Source of the DNA: Gammaproteobacteria bacterium
GTDB taxonomy: Bacteria; Pseudomonadota; Gammaproteobacteria; JABABF01
DNA length: 64,000 nt
NCBI GenBank assembly: GCA_965237805.1
Contig: OZ250153.1
Span: 1,469,043 to 1,533,042, forward strand
Direction of reading: 5' to 3'
Shown piece after piece: positions 12,829 to 21,479 of the stretch. A program made the translations under genes and the position numbers. Within the stretch, counting starts at the first letter, position 1. The number at the start of each line of letters is the position of its first letter. The notes beneath the pieces are model-generated. The model searched no databases. It had not been told where the DNA came from and was given only the letters and a program-made list of their open reading frames with translations.

Positions 12829-13179
12829 ATGGTGTTCTCTATGTATTTCATTATCGCGGTGATTAAGCCGTTTAAATTAGACGAAGTGCGTGCCCGCTTA
12901 TTGGAAGCCGGTATCAGTGGTCTGACTGTCAGCCATGTCGACGGCTTTGGCAATCAGCGCGGTTTGACAGCGAGCTACCGGGGACAAGAGTCTGCGGTAA
13001 TCATGCATCCAAAGATCAAACTCGAAGTTGCGGTCAGTGGCGATCAACTCGACAGCACCATTGCAGTGATCCAATCGGCGGCTAAAACCGGTGAGATCGG
13101 AGACGGCAAGATTTTTGTGTTGCCGATGCAACAGATGGTGCGCATTCGCACTGGCGATACCGGCTCAGACGCTTTATAA
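12829..13179 (+). CDS. Nitrogen regulatory protein P-II family (GlnB/GlnK-like), Tyr51->Ser variant
   Basis: IKPFKLDEVR..., T-loop GFGNQRGLTASYRGQES, B-loop TGEIGDGKIFV. The start is probably ATG 12841 (MYFIIAVIKPF). Confidence 0.8.
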   Translation: MVFSMYFIIAVIKPFKLDEVRARLLEAGISGLTVSHVDGFGNQRGLTASYRGQESAVIMHPKIKLEVAVSGDQLDSTIAVIQSAAKTGEIGDGKIFVLPMQQMVRIRTGDTGSDAL

Positions 13180-13309
13180 GCCCTGGCCTCTGCCGCGGCG
13201 ATGCCGCCGCAAAAGTGGCTGCCCAAGGGGATTGATGCGGCTCGCTTTGCGAGTTTGCGTCCCGGCCTGAGGTGGCGCACTTGATGCAGGCTGTTTCGGT
13301 GTTGTAGCA

Positions 13310-14107
13310 GTGGTCGAACTGGCCAAGAATTTCGTCGATTTTTGCTCCGATTTCCTGCTTCTGGGCCTGTCGCTTTGCGCTGTTGGTGGGCTGTTGCTGG
13401 CGTTGTGGAGCGCGGTGTCCCGCCGTTCATCGTGGCTGTTGGTGGTGGCTTGCTCGGCGCTGGCCTTGGGTGTGCTGGCAGTGGTCGGCGGCGCCGTTCC
13501 CCGCTTCGTCGCGCCAGCGGTGCATCGCTGGGAGGGGCGACATCCAGTTTTTGAGCGACCGATGCATTGCGTTTCCTTGGATGCGGCGGGCGAGCGCCGG
13601 GTCGTGGTGCTCGGCTCTGCTACCGATGACGAGCCAGCGCGACCAGCGCTCTCCCAGCTCAGCCGACCGAGCCTTGCACGCTTGGCCGAGGGCGTAGCCA
13701 TCTTCCGCAGCTGCGGTGCCGCGGCGATGTGGTTCACAGGGGATGCCTCTGCCCGGGTGTCGATGTTGGCGGCTGTGGCGCTGGGGGTGCCAGCAACGGT
13801 AGTGCACATCATGCCCGGTGGCGAGACCACGGCGACGGAGGCGGCGGTGTTGCGTCCTGTCTTGGGCGACGAGCCCTTTGTGCTGGTCAGCTCGGCGCTG
13901 CATATGCCGCGAGCGATGGCGCTGTTTGAGGCGCGCGGCATGGTGCCGGTGGCGGCACCCACCGACTTTCTTGGCTCGGCCACCCGGCCCCATCGTGCGC
14001 TATTGCCCAATGCCCGCAGCTACGAACTGTGGATGAAGTATCTGCACGAGCGCATCGGCCTGCTGTGGGCGCGACTCAACGGCGAGCTGGACTCAGCGCC
14101 TCAATGA
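13310..14107 (+). CDS. DUF218 (ElyC/YdcF/SanA family) membrane-anchored protein
   Basis: N-terminal TM helices followed by a DUF218-like core (VVVLGS..., LVSSALHMPRAMALF). Confidence 0.55.
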   Translation: MVELAKNFVDFCSDFLLLGLSLCAVGGLLLALWSAVSRRSSWLLVVACSALALGVLAVVGGAVPRFVAPAVHRWEGRHPVFERPMHCVSLDAAGERRVVVLGSATDDEPARPALSQLSRPSLARLAEGVAIFRSCGAAAMWFTGDASARVSMLAAVALGVPATVVHIMPGGETTATEAAVLRPVLGDEPFVLVSSALHMPRAMALFEARGMVPVAAPTDFLGSATRPHRALLPNARSYELWMKYLHERIGLLWARLNGELDSAPQ

Positions 14108-14795
14108 GGCGGGGCAGCTCGCGCCAGTGGCGTATTTCCCCATCCGGGCGCGGTGTGCCAAAGCGCCATGCCATGCCGTCGAAATTGGCCCAGATGGCAT
14201 GGCATCCAGCCTGCAGAGCCCCCTGTATATCGTCCTCTGGGCTGTCGCCGATATGGACGATCTGGTGGGCCTCAAGGCCAGCGCGGCGGCGCACGGCCTC
14301 GAAGGCGGTGCGATGCGGCTTGCCGTGTGGCAGTTCCTCGGCACGCAATGCAAAATCGAAATGGCGCGAGCAGGGCAGACGCCACAGCTCGGCGTTGCCA
14401 TTGCTCAGTGCGGCCAGCCTATAGTGTCGAGCCAACTGCTCCAGCACCGGTTCTGCACCGTCGTAGAGTCTGAGCTGGTGGCGCAGCTCAAGGAAGACGC
14501 CAAAGGCCGCCGCGGCTTCGAGACGACTCTGTTGTCGCGTGCGCCCGAAGTGGCGCAGCAATCGTCGCAACGACAGCTGCCGCAAGCGGCTGAGTTGGTG
14601 GCGCAGCTGCGGGCGGCACCGACTCAGGGCGATGCGTTGCTCGCGCAGGCTGGCGCTGTCCAGTTCCTCGGCGTGTTCTGGGAAACGCTCGCGCAACCAT
14701 TGCGACAATCGCTCATCGGCGCAGCGCAGGGTATGCTCTGTCTCCCACAGCGTGTTGTCGAGATCAAGGCAGATGAGGTGCAGCTGCTCGCTCAC
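14076..14795 (-). CDS. yigB: HAD-superfamily hydrolase (YigB-like)
   Basis: HAD motif I (ICLDLDNTLW) and motif IV (HIGDSPEDD). It is downstream of xerC as in the E. coli dapF-yigA-xerC-yigB cluster. Confidence 0.65.
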   Translation of the reverse strand: MSEQLHLICLDLDNTLWETEHTLRCADERLSQWLRERFPEHAEELDSASLREQRIALSRCRPQLRHQLSRLRQLSLRRLLRHFGRTRQQSRLEAAAAFGVFLELRHQLRLYDGAEPVLEQLARHYRLAALSNGNAELWRLPCSRHFDFALRAEELPHGKPHRTAFEAVRRRAGLEAHQIVHIGDSPEDDIQGALQAGCHAIWANFDGMAWRFGTPRPDGEIRHWRELPRLIEALSPARR

Positions 14796-14797
14796 CG

Positions 14798-15697
14798 CTA
14801 CCGCTTGCGTTGTGCTCTAGGGTGCGCGGCATCGTAGACCCGCGCTAAGTGGTCGAAGTCCAAGTGGGTATAGATCTGTGTGGTGGAGATGTTGGCATGG
14901 CCGAGCAATTCCTGCACGGCGCGCAGATCGCCGCTGGATTCCAGCAGGTGGCTGGCAAAAGAATGGCGCAGGGTATGTGGGTGTATACCCTGCGGTAGTT
15001 GCCGTTGCCGCCCGCGCAAGGCGCAGCGTTGCTGAATGGCGCGTGCGCTGATGCGCCTGCCGAGACGGCTCAGGAACAGCGCTTGGGATGACTCGCCAGC
15101 GCGCAGCTGAGCGCGTTGGGCAAGCCACAAGCGTAGCGCTGCGATGGCGGTGCCGCCGATCGGTGTCAGCCGCACCTTGCCTCCCTTACCCTGCACCCGG
15201 GCCAAGCGTTGCGACATGTCCAGATCGTCTAAGTTCAGCGCCCTCAGCTCGGCGAGGCGCAGACCGCTGGAATACATCGTCTCCAGCATCGCCTGATCGC
15301 GCACTTCCAGCCAGCTGGCACCCTCGCCGCCGCCGCGCAACAGCTGCCCGACCTGCTCTCGGCTCAGCGCATCGGGCAGGCGCTTGATGGACTGCGGCGC
15401 ACGGATGCCAGCGGTGGGATCTCGCTCAAAGTCCTCGTGGCGGATCAGGTAGCGGAACATCGAACGCAGTGCCGACAGGCTGCGTTGGATGCTGCGTCCA
15501 GAGCGGCCTTGGCGATGCATGGTCGCAGCAAAATCGCGCACCAAGATGGTGTCCACTTGCTCAATTTCGCGCACCCCCCGCTGTGCGCAGTGCTGGCGGA
15601 AGCATGCGAGATCGTGTTGGTAGGTGGTGCAGGTGGCCACCGCCAGTCGGCGGATATTGCGTATGTGGGCCAGAAAAGCCGCTATTGCCTGCTCCAT
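14798..15697 (-). CDS. xerC: Tyrosine recombinase XerC
   Basis: Phage-integrase fold with R...HxxR...Y catalytic residues (LRHSFASHLL..., TQIYTHL) and an N-terminal SAM-like domain. Confidence 0.85.
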   Translation of the reverse strand: MEQAIAAFLAHIRNIRRLAVATCTTYQHDLACFRQHCAQRGVREIEQVDTILVRDFAATMHRQGRSGRSIQRSLSALRSMFRYLIRHEDFERDPTAGIRAPQSIKRLPDALSREQVGQLLRGGGEGASWLEVRDQAMLETMYSSGLRLAELRALNLDDLDMSQRLARVQGKGGKVRLTPIGGTAIAALRLWLAQRAQLRAGESSQALFLSRLGRRISARAIQQRCALRGRQRQLPQGIHPHTLRHSFASHLLESSGDLRAVQELLGHANISTTQIYTHLDFDHLARVYDAAHPRAQRKR

Positions 15698-15704
15698 TGC
15701 AGTC

Positions 15705-16496
15705 CTAGCGCTGCCGGGTGGGCAATAGGCGCCCGATAATTTCGCCCAGATAGGATAGGAACAGAGTATCCATGCTGGATTGAAAACGCTCTGGATCCTC
15801 GCTACCCAGCGCCAGCACGCCGAGCAATTTATCGTCGTTTCCGCGCAATGGGGAGATGGCGACCGAACTGATCTGACGATTGGCCGGGAAGAGAAACTCC
15901 AGTGCTGGCTCGCTCAGGTTGCCGCACAGCGCCCGCTGTTCTTCGAATAGCTGGGGCAGAGTGGCGCGCGCTTGCTGTTCTGGTGCCACGCGCAATACAG
16001 TTTCCTCCCCTTCGGAGGCCTCGAATAGCAACAGGCTACAGGTGTCCACGCGCAATTCCTCGCGGCAGCGATCGTGCATTTGGCGATTGAACTCGTCGAG
16101 ATCGGTTGCTTCGATCAGTGCCAAGGCGATGTGGCGCACACTTTGGAATAGCGCCTCGTTGGCCTCTGCATTGGCTGTCAATTCTTCCAAGCGGCGGCGC
16201 AGGGTAGCGTTGCCCTGCTGCATCGCTTCGATGCGGCGGTCGGCCAGCTGCACCACTTGGCCGGAGTCGCTGCCCTTAGCTTTGGGCTCCACCAACTGCA
16301 GCTCGTCGAGTAGCTCAGGGTGGCGCAGCAGGAAATCGGGTTGGCGGCGCAGGTAGCCTGCGACCTGAGCTGCGTCCAATGGTGGTGGGGAGCCTTGTGT
16401 GGCGGTGTCAGCGCTGGACATGGTCATCAGTCTCCTAGTGCGACGCGGTATTTGATCAGTAGTGGTGGATGAAATGGCCGTGCATCTGGGTGGCAC
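15705..16496 (-). CDS. yigA: DUF484 (YigA) family protein
   Basis: Sits in the conserved position between dapF and xerC. It has a GAF-like C-terminal region. Confidence 0.6.
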   Translation of the reverse strand: MPPRCTAISSTTTDQIPRRTRRLMTMSSADTATQGSPPPLDAAQVAGYLRRQPDFLLRHPELLDELQLVEPKAKGSDSGQVVQLADRRIEAMQQGNATLRRRLEELTANAEANEALFQSVRHIALALIEATDLDEFNRQMHDRCREELRVDTCSLLLFEASEGEETVLRVAPEQQARATLPQLFEEQRALCGNLSEPALEFLFPANRQISSVAISPLRGNDDKLLGVLALGSEDPERFQSSMDTLFLSYLGEIIGRLLPTRQR

Positions 16497-17292
16497 CAGT
16501 CAGCGCCACGGCATCAGTTGTCCCATCGGGCCATTCGACCCGTACATCGCCGCCCGGCATCGAGACCTGTGTCACCGCATCAATCAGGCCGCGCTGTTTG
16601 GCGGCGATGACGGCGGCGGCAGCGGCGCTGCCGCAGGCTTTGGTCGCGCCGGCTCCGCGTTCGTAGATCCACAGCGCGATGTGTCCCCGGTCGTGAATCT
16701 GCGCCAAGCCGACATTGACCCCGTCCGGAAAGTCTGGGTGGTGCTGCATGGCGTCACCAAGTTGCGCCGCGGTCTGTGCTGCGTCGGTCGGCTGGTCTGC
16801 CAGCTCATCGACAAAGATGACGGCGTGGGGGTTGCCGAGGGAGACGGGGTGGAAAGGCGGGTACTCAGCGCTGCCCTTGTGTGCTGCGTTAGCGGGATGT
16901 GGCGGTACCGGTAGCTGAGTGCGGACTTGGCCATCAGCCAACAGCTGGCCGCGGAAGTCGCCAGCGAGGTTGTTCACTGTCAACTGAGGACCGGGTGTCA
17001 ATTCCTGCTCGATGGCGAAGCGGGTGATGCAGCGTGCGCCATTGCCACACTGCTCCACCTCGCCGCCGTCGACATTGAATATGCGCAATGAAAAATCGAC
17101 GCTCTCCGAGGCTGGTGGCAGCAACAGCAATGCTTGGTCGAAATCGCGCTCGGCGCTAAGCGTGGCGAAAAACTGCCCCAGCTGAGCTGCTTCGACATCA
17201 AGCTGTTGGGTGACTGCATCGACAACGATAAAAGTGTTGCCGGTTCCGTCCATCTCGGTGCAACGCAGTTCGCGCCGCTGTGGTGTTGCCAT
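16456..17292 (-). CDS. dapF: Diaminopimelate epimerase
   Basis: FTKMDGTGNTFIVVD N-terminus and a catalytic Cys pair context (GNGARC, ...). Confidence 0.85.
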   Translation of the reverse strand: MATPQRRELRCTEMDGTGNTFIVVDAVTQQLDVEAAQLGQFFATLSAERDFDQALLLLPPASESVDFSLRIFNVDGGEVEQCGNGARCITRFAIEQELTPGPQLTVNNLAGDFRGQLLADGQVRTQLPVPPHPANAAHKGSAEYPPFHPVSLGNPHAVIFVDELADQPTDAAQTAAQLGDAMQHHPDFPDGVNVGLAQIHDRGHIALWIYERGAGATKACGSAAAAAVIAAKQRGLIDAVTQVSMPGGDVRVEWPDGTTDAVALTGATQMHGHFIHHY

Positions 17293-17328
17293 GGTTGGTG
17301 CCGAGTCGACGATACAACGCTCCCGCGA

Positions 17329-18591
17329 TTATAGCGGCGGTGCGTCCAGTTCGCCCCGCATCAGATCGTCGTAAGTCTCTCTGGAGCGTGCCAAGTGGTG
17401 GTTGCGCCCAGCCACCATCAGCTCCGCTGCCCGCGGTCGGCTGTTGTAGTTGGAGGACATCGACGCGCAGTAGGCTCCCGCCATGCCGATGGAGATCAGC
17501 GCATTGGGGGTGAGTGCCAAGGGGCGGCGTTGACCGAGTACATCGACGCTCTCGCAGATTGGACCGATCACGTCGATCGGGTCAGCTGCTCCGGCGGCTG
17601 CCTGTTCTATCGGGTCTATGGGGTGCCAGCTTTCGTACAGTGCCGGGCGCTGGAAATCGTTCATGCCAGCATCCGCCACCGCCAGCTGCCGTCCGTCGGC
17701 AGTTCGCTTGCAATACAAGATACGGCTGATCAATACTCCGGCGGCGGCAGCGATAGAGCGCCCCGGTTCCACCACCAATTCCACGCCACTGCCCGCGATG
17801 CCTTGCCGCAGCGCCGAGCAGAGTGCCGCCGGTTCTGGTGCTGTGTCCTCGGGGTGATAGTTGACGCCGAGCCCACCACCCAAATTGAGCACACGCACAG
17901 CGATGCCCTCGCCCCGTAGCGTTTCGCACAGTGCCAGCAACTGTTTGAGGGCCTCTCCCAGCGGCTCCAAACGCATCATCTGTGAGCCGATGTGGCAGCT
18001 GAAGCCGAGGAAGTCCAAATCTTCCAGCGCGATGGCGCGGCGCGCCGTGTCGAGTGCCTCCCCGACGGGGATGCCGAATTTGCTGTGCGCGAGGCCGGTG
18101 GTGATGTGCGGGTGCGTGTCAGCGTCAATGTGGGGGTTGAGACGCAATGCAACTCCGGCACGTTTTCCACAGAGTTTGCTCCGCACCGCCAGCAGTGCCA
18201 GTTCCTGCTCCGATTCGACATTGAAGCAAAAGATACCCGCCGCCAGTGCCTCGTCGATTTCTGCTGTGTGTTTGCCGACCCCAGAGAATACGATGGTGTC
18301 GGCTCGACCACCGGCGCGCAGCACGCGGGCCAGCTCGCCGCCCGACACCACATCGAAGCCGCATCCCGCCTCGGCGAGGCAACGCAGCACGGCGAGATTG
18401 CTGTTTGCCTTGACTGAGTAGCAGATACGGTGTGGGATGTCGGCCAGCGCATTCTGGTAAGCTGCCAAGGCCGTGCGCAGGATGGCTGAGGAGTAAATAT
18501 AGAGGGGGGTGCCGTAGCGGCGCACCAATTCCGTCACCGGCAGCTGCTCGGCGTGGAGTTGTCCGTTGCGGTAGTGAAAGCCGATGCTCAC
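17329..18591 (-). CDS. lysA: Diaminopimelate decarboxylase
   Basis: PLP-dependent fold III decarboxylase: YSVKANSNLAVL (Lys-PLP), GGGLG, EPGRSI. Confidence 0.85.
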   Translation of the reverse strand: MSIGFHYRNGQLHAEQLPVTELVRRYGTPLYIYSSAILRTALAAYQNALADIPHRICYSVKANSNLAVLRCLAEAGCGFDVVSGGELARVLRAGGRADTIVFSGVGKHTAEIDEALAAGIFCFNVESEQELALLAVRSKLCGKRAGVALRLNPHIDADTHPHITTGLAHSKFGIPVGEALDTARRAIALEDLDFLGFSCHIGSQMMRLEPLGEALKQLLALCETLRGEGIAVRVLNLGGGLGVNYHPEDTAPEPAALCSALRQGIAGSGVELVVEPGRSIAAAAGVLISRILYCKRTADGRQLAVADAGMNDFQRPALYESWHPIDPIEQAAAGAADPIDVIGPICESVDVLGQRRPLALTPNALISIGMAGAYCASMSSNYNSRPRAAELMVAGRNHHLARSRETYDDLMRGELDAPPL

Positions 18592-18719
18592 CGGGCAGTG
18601 GACGGTGGCAATTCAAGTGGCCCTTTGAGCCCGCAGGCCGACAGTGCCGCCACGTTTGCTAGCAGCGCGGCGCACAGCAACAGTGCTGGCAGGCTGCAGC
18701 TTTTGCAGACTCTCGCCAC
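18588..18719 (-). CDS. lptM: LPS-assembly lipoprotein LptM (YifL)-like small lipoprotein
   Basis: Lipobox LSAC followed by the LptM signature GLKGPL(E/Y)LPP. There is a 4-nt overlap with lysA. The start is GTG 18719 or ATG 18770. Only 9 aa follow the lipidated Cys. Confidence 0.5.
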   Translation of the reverse strand: MARVCKSCSLPALLLCAALLANVAALSACGLKGPLELPPSTAR

Positions 18720-18724
18720 GCCGC

Positions 18725-19996
18725 CTACTTGCTTCGCATCGATTTGAAGAATTCCTCGTTGTTTTGGCATTTGCGCAGACGTGAGATCAGGAACTCGAGG
18801 GCGGGCAGGTCTTCCATGTCGTGTAGCAGCTTGCGCAATATCCACACGCGCCGCAGGGCATCTTCTTCGATCAGCAATTCCTCGCGGCGGGTGCCGGAGC
18901 GGCGGATGTTGACCGCTGGGTAGACACGCTTCTCAGAGATCTTGCGATCCAAGTGCAATTCCATATTGCCAGTGCCTTTGAATTCCTCGTAGATCACCTC
19001 GTCCATTTTGGAACCGGTGTCGATTAGCGCGGTGGCGATGATGGTCAGGCTGCCGCCGTTCTCGACATTGCGTGCGGCACCGAAAAAGCGCTTCGGTCGC
19101 TCCAGTGCGTGGGCGTCGATGCCGCCGCTCAGCATCTTGCTGGACGAAGGAACGACGGTGTTGTGGGCGCGTGCTAGACGGGTGATGGAGTCGAGCAACA
19201 CCACCACATCACCGCCTTCTTCGGTCAGACGCTTGGCCTTTTCGTTGACCATTTGGGCCACTTGGACATGGCGTGTCGGCGGTTCGTCGAAGGTGCTGGC
19301 CACGACTTCGGCTTTGCGCACTGTGCGCCGCATGTCGGTGACTTCCTCAGGTCGTTCGTCGATCAGCAACACGATGACATAGCACTCGGGGTTGTTGCGG
19401 ATGATCGATTGGGCGATGTGCTGTAGCACATAGGTTTTCCCGGCCTTGGGCGGCGATACGATCAGGCCGCGCTGCCCTTTGCCGATCGGGGCGGCCAAAT
19501 CGATGATGCGTCCCGGCAAATCTTCGGTGGCACCATTGCCGACCTCTAGTTTGAGATGCTCGGAGGGGAATAACGGTATCAGATTCTCGAAGGGGATTTT
19601 GTGTTGTCGTTTCTTGTCCTGTTTGTCCTTGAAATTGACCTGCTCGATTGAGACCACTGAGAAGAAGCGTTCCCCAGATTTGGGAGGTCGGACTTTGCAG
19701 GAGACGAAATCGCCAGTGCGGATGCCGAAGCGGCGGATTTGATTTGGTGACACATAGATGTCGTTTGGCCCGGCGACATAGGATTCGGTCGCTGAGCGCA
19801 GGAAGCCGAAGCCGTCCTGCATGATTTCGAGCACCCCCTCGCCATTGATATCTTCGCCCTGCTCGGCTCGGCTCTTCAGCACTTCAAAGATGATATCTTG
19901 GCGGCGCAGTTGCTGATTGTCCTCGTTGATGCCAGCAGCTTCGGCGATGTCCATCAGCTCTGGCATGGATTTCTGTTTGAGTTCCGATAGGTGCAT
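18725..19996 (-). CDS. rho: Transcription termination factor Rho
   Basis: [23 protein letters not shown]... N-terminus, Walker [14 protein letters not shown]- and R-loops. ATG at 19996; the 30 upstream codons in the ORF track are non-homologous. Confidence 0.9.
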   Translation of the reverse strand: MHLSELKQKSMPELMDIAEAAGINEDNQQLRRQDIIFEVLKSRAEQGEDINGEGVLEIMQDGFGFLRSATESYVAGPNDIYVSPNQIRRFGIRTGDFVSCKVRPPKSGERFFSVVSIEQVNFKDKQDKKRQHKIPFENLIPLFPSEHLKLEVGNGATEDLPGRIIDLAAPIGKGQRGLIVSPPKAGKTYVLQHIAQSIIRNNPECYVIVLLIDERPEEVTDMRRTVRKAEVVASTFDEPPTRHVQVAQMVNEKAKRLTEEGGDVVVLLDSITRLARAHNTVVPSSSKMLSGGIDAHALERPKRFFGAARNVENGGSLTIIATALIDTGSKMDEVIYEEFKGTGNMELHLDRKISEKRVYPAVNIRRSGTRREELLIEEDALRRVWILRKLLHDMEDLPALEFLISRLRKCQNNEEFFKSMRSK

Positions 19997-20157
19997 AGTG
20001 GGATTGCTTGGTCGGTTGTGAGTGGATGGCAGGGTATGCTGCTGTGTTGGTCGATAGCTTGCGCGTGGCTGGGGCGCGGTGATCAATGATCGGCAAAGGC
20101 GGGAGCCGAGGAGCCGGTGCTTCGCTGTCTGCTACTCGGTCTGTCTTTAGCGGGGGT
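19997..20157 (-). promoter_or_regulatory. rho leader region, C-rich/G-poor on the transcribed strand (candidate rut-containing autoregulatory leader)
   Basis: The + strand of this 160-nt trxA-rho spacer is ~40% G / ~17% C, so the rho mRNA leader is C-rich and G-poor, as required for Rho loading. Confidence 0.35.
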
Positions 20158-20502
20158 TCAGGGGCGTTGTAGCGCCTCGTCGATGAATTGGCTGAGGTCG
20201 GTTCGTGACAGGGTTCCGGAACGCGCATCCAACACCTTGCCCCCCCGGAACAAGATCAGCGTCGGTATGCCACGCACACCATAGAGTGCTGGGGTCTGCG
20301 GGTTACCGTCTACTTCCATTTTGCACACTTCGATTTTACCAGCATAATCTCGCGCCACTTCCTCGACAATCGGTGCCACCATCAGGCACGGGCGGCACCA
20401 CGGTGCCCAAAAGTCGACCAATACCGGTTGCTCGGATTGCAACACGGTCTGCGCGAAGTCGTTGTCGCTCACTTCTGCCATGGTCGCCACATTGTCATTC
20501 AT
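20158..20502 (-). CDS. trxA: Thioredoxin 1 with non-canonical CRPC active site
   Basis: Thioredoxin fold signature VLVDFWAPWC-R-PC...GIRGIPTLILF. It is in the conserved position upstream of rho. Confidence 0.85.
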   Translation of the reverse strand: MNDNVATMAEVSDNDFAQTVLQSEQPVLVDFWAPWCRPCLMVAPIVEEVARDYAGKIEVCKMEVDGNPQTPALYGVRGIPTLILFRGGKVLDARSGTLSRTDLSQFIDEALQRP

Positions 20503-20644
20503 TTGCTGATTTGATCCCCTGATTCATGAGCTGCATCGCCGTCGATGGGTGCGTCGTTTGCGCTGTGCCCATCGGGCTTCCCAGTGCTGGGTGTGACCCG
20601 GCTAAAGCCGATCCAACGTGCCATCAAAATCGGCGCGGGCAACA

Positions 20645-20674
20645 TTTGACTTGAGTACAAGCTCTGCACTATAG
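20645..20674 (+). promoter_or_regulatory. Candidate sigma-70 promoter for elbB (TTGACT-N18-TATAGC)
   Basis: -35 TTGACT at 20645-20650 and -10-like TATAGC at 20669-20674, ~100 nt upstream of elbB. Pattern match only. Confidence 0.3.
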
Positions 20675-20781
20675 CAGCTCCGCTACCGCTGTGCAAGCAG
20701 TGCTGGTGGCATCCTGCTAGGGCGGGGCCAGCACGTTGGGGTTAAACTGCCACTTCAAATCGGCGCTAGGAGGGGATGGTG

Positions 20782-21441
20782 ATGCGGGTCGCGGTCGTGT
20801 TATCAGGTTGCGGCGTCTACGATGGCGCCGAAATCCACGAGAGTGTGTTCACACTTTTGGCGCTTTCGCAGCGTGGCGCAGAGGCGGTGTGCTTGGCACC
20901 AGATATCCCCCAGCAGGTGGTCATCGACCACTTGTCGGCTGAGGAGCAAGCGGGGGAGCAACGCAATGTGCTGGTCGAGGCGGCGCGCATCGCCCGCGGT
21001 GCGGTAGGCGATCTCGCCACTTCCGAGCCGGGCGATTTTGATGCTGCCATCCTCCCGGGGGGGTTTGGTGTGGCGCGCAATCTCAGCGACTATATTTCGG
21101 CTGGCAGCAACTGCCGGATGTTGGCTCAGCTGGAGGCTTGGCTGGGGAGTTTTCGCGATGCGCGGCGACCGGTGGGCCTGTTGTGTATCGCGCCGGTATT
21201 GGCTGCGCGCATCTACGGTGCCGGGGTGCGTTGCACCATCGGCGACGATGTTGGCACGGCGGTGGATTTGGAGACGATGGGTGCGCGCCATCAAGACTGC
21301 ACCGTGGCCGAGCGCTGCGTCGATACCGGGCACCGTTTGGTCACATCGCCCGCCTATATGCTCGGGCAGAGTCCTGCCGAGGTGTGGCAGAGCGTGGACG
21401 GCTTGGTGGCCGATGTGCTGGCCTTGGCCGGCGAGTCCTGA
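20782..21441 (+). CDS. elbB: Glyoxalase ElbB (DJ-1/PfpI family)
   Basis: Strong full-length similarity to E. coli ElbB (VLSGCGVYDGAEIHE...ILPGGFG...CIAP...TSPAYM). The second ATG (20782) has better RBS spacing than 20776. Confidence 0.8.
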   Translation: MRVAVVLSGCGVYDGAEIHESVFTLLALSQRGAEAVCLAPDIPQQVVIDHLSAEEQAGEQRNVLVEAARIARGAVGDLATSEPGDFDAAILPGGFGVARNLSDYISAGSNCRMLAQLEAWLGSFRDARRPVGLLCIAPVLAARIYGAGVRCTIGDDVGTAVDLETMGARHQDCTVAERCVDTGHRLVTSPAYMLGQSPAEVWQSVDGLVADVLALAGES

Positions 21442-21479
21442 ATACGGCTGGCTGGCATCATCGCCGAGGCAACGCTCAA

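Noticed and set aside
13174-14010. 278-aa minus-strand ORF
   Set aside because: It is antisense to the DUF218 gene, Ala/Arg/Pro-rich and low-complexity. This is a typical spurious ORF in GC-rich DNA.
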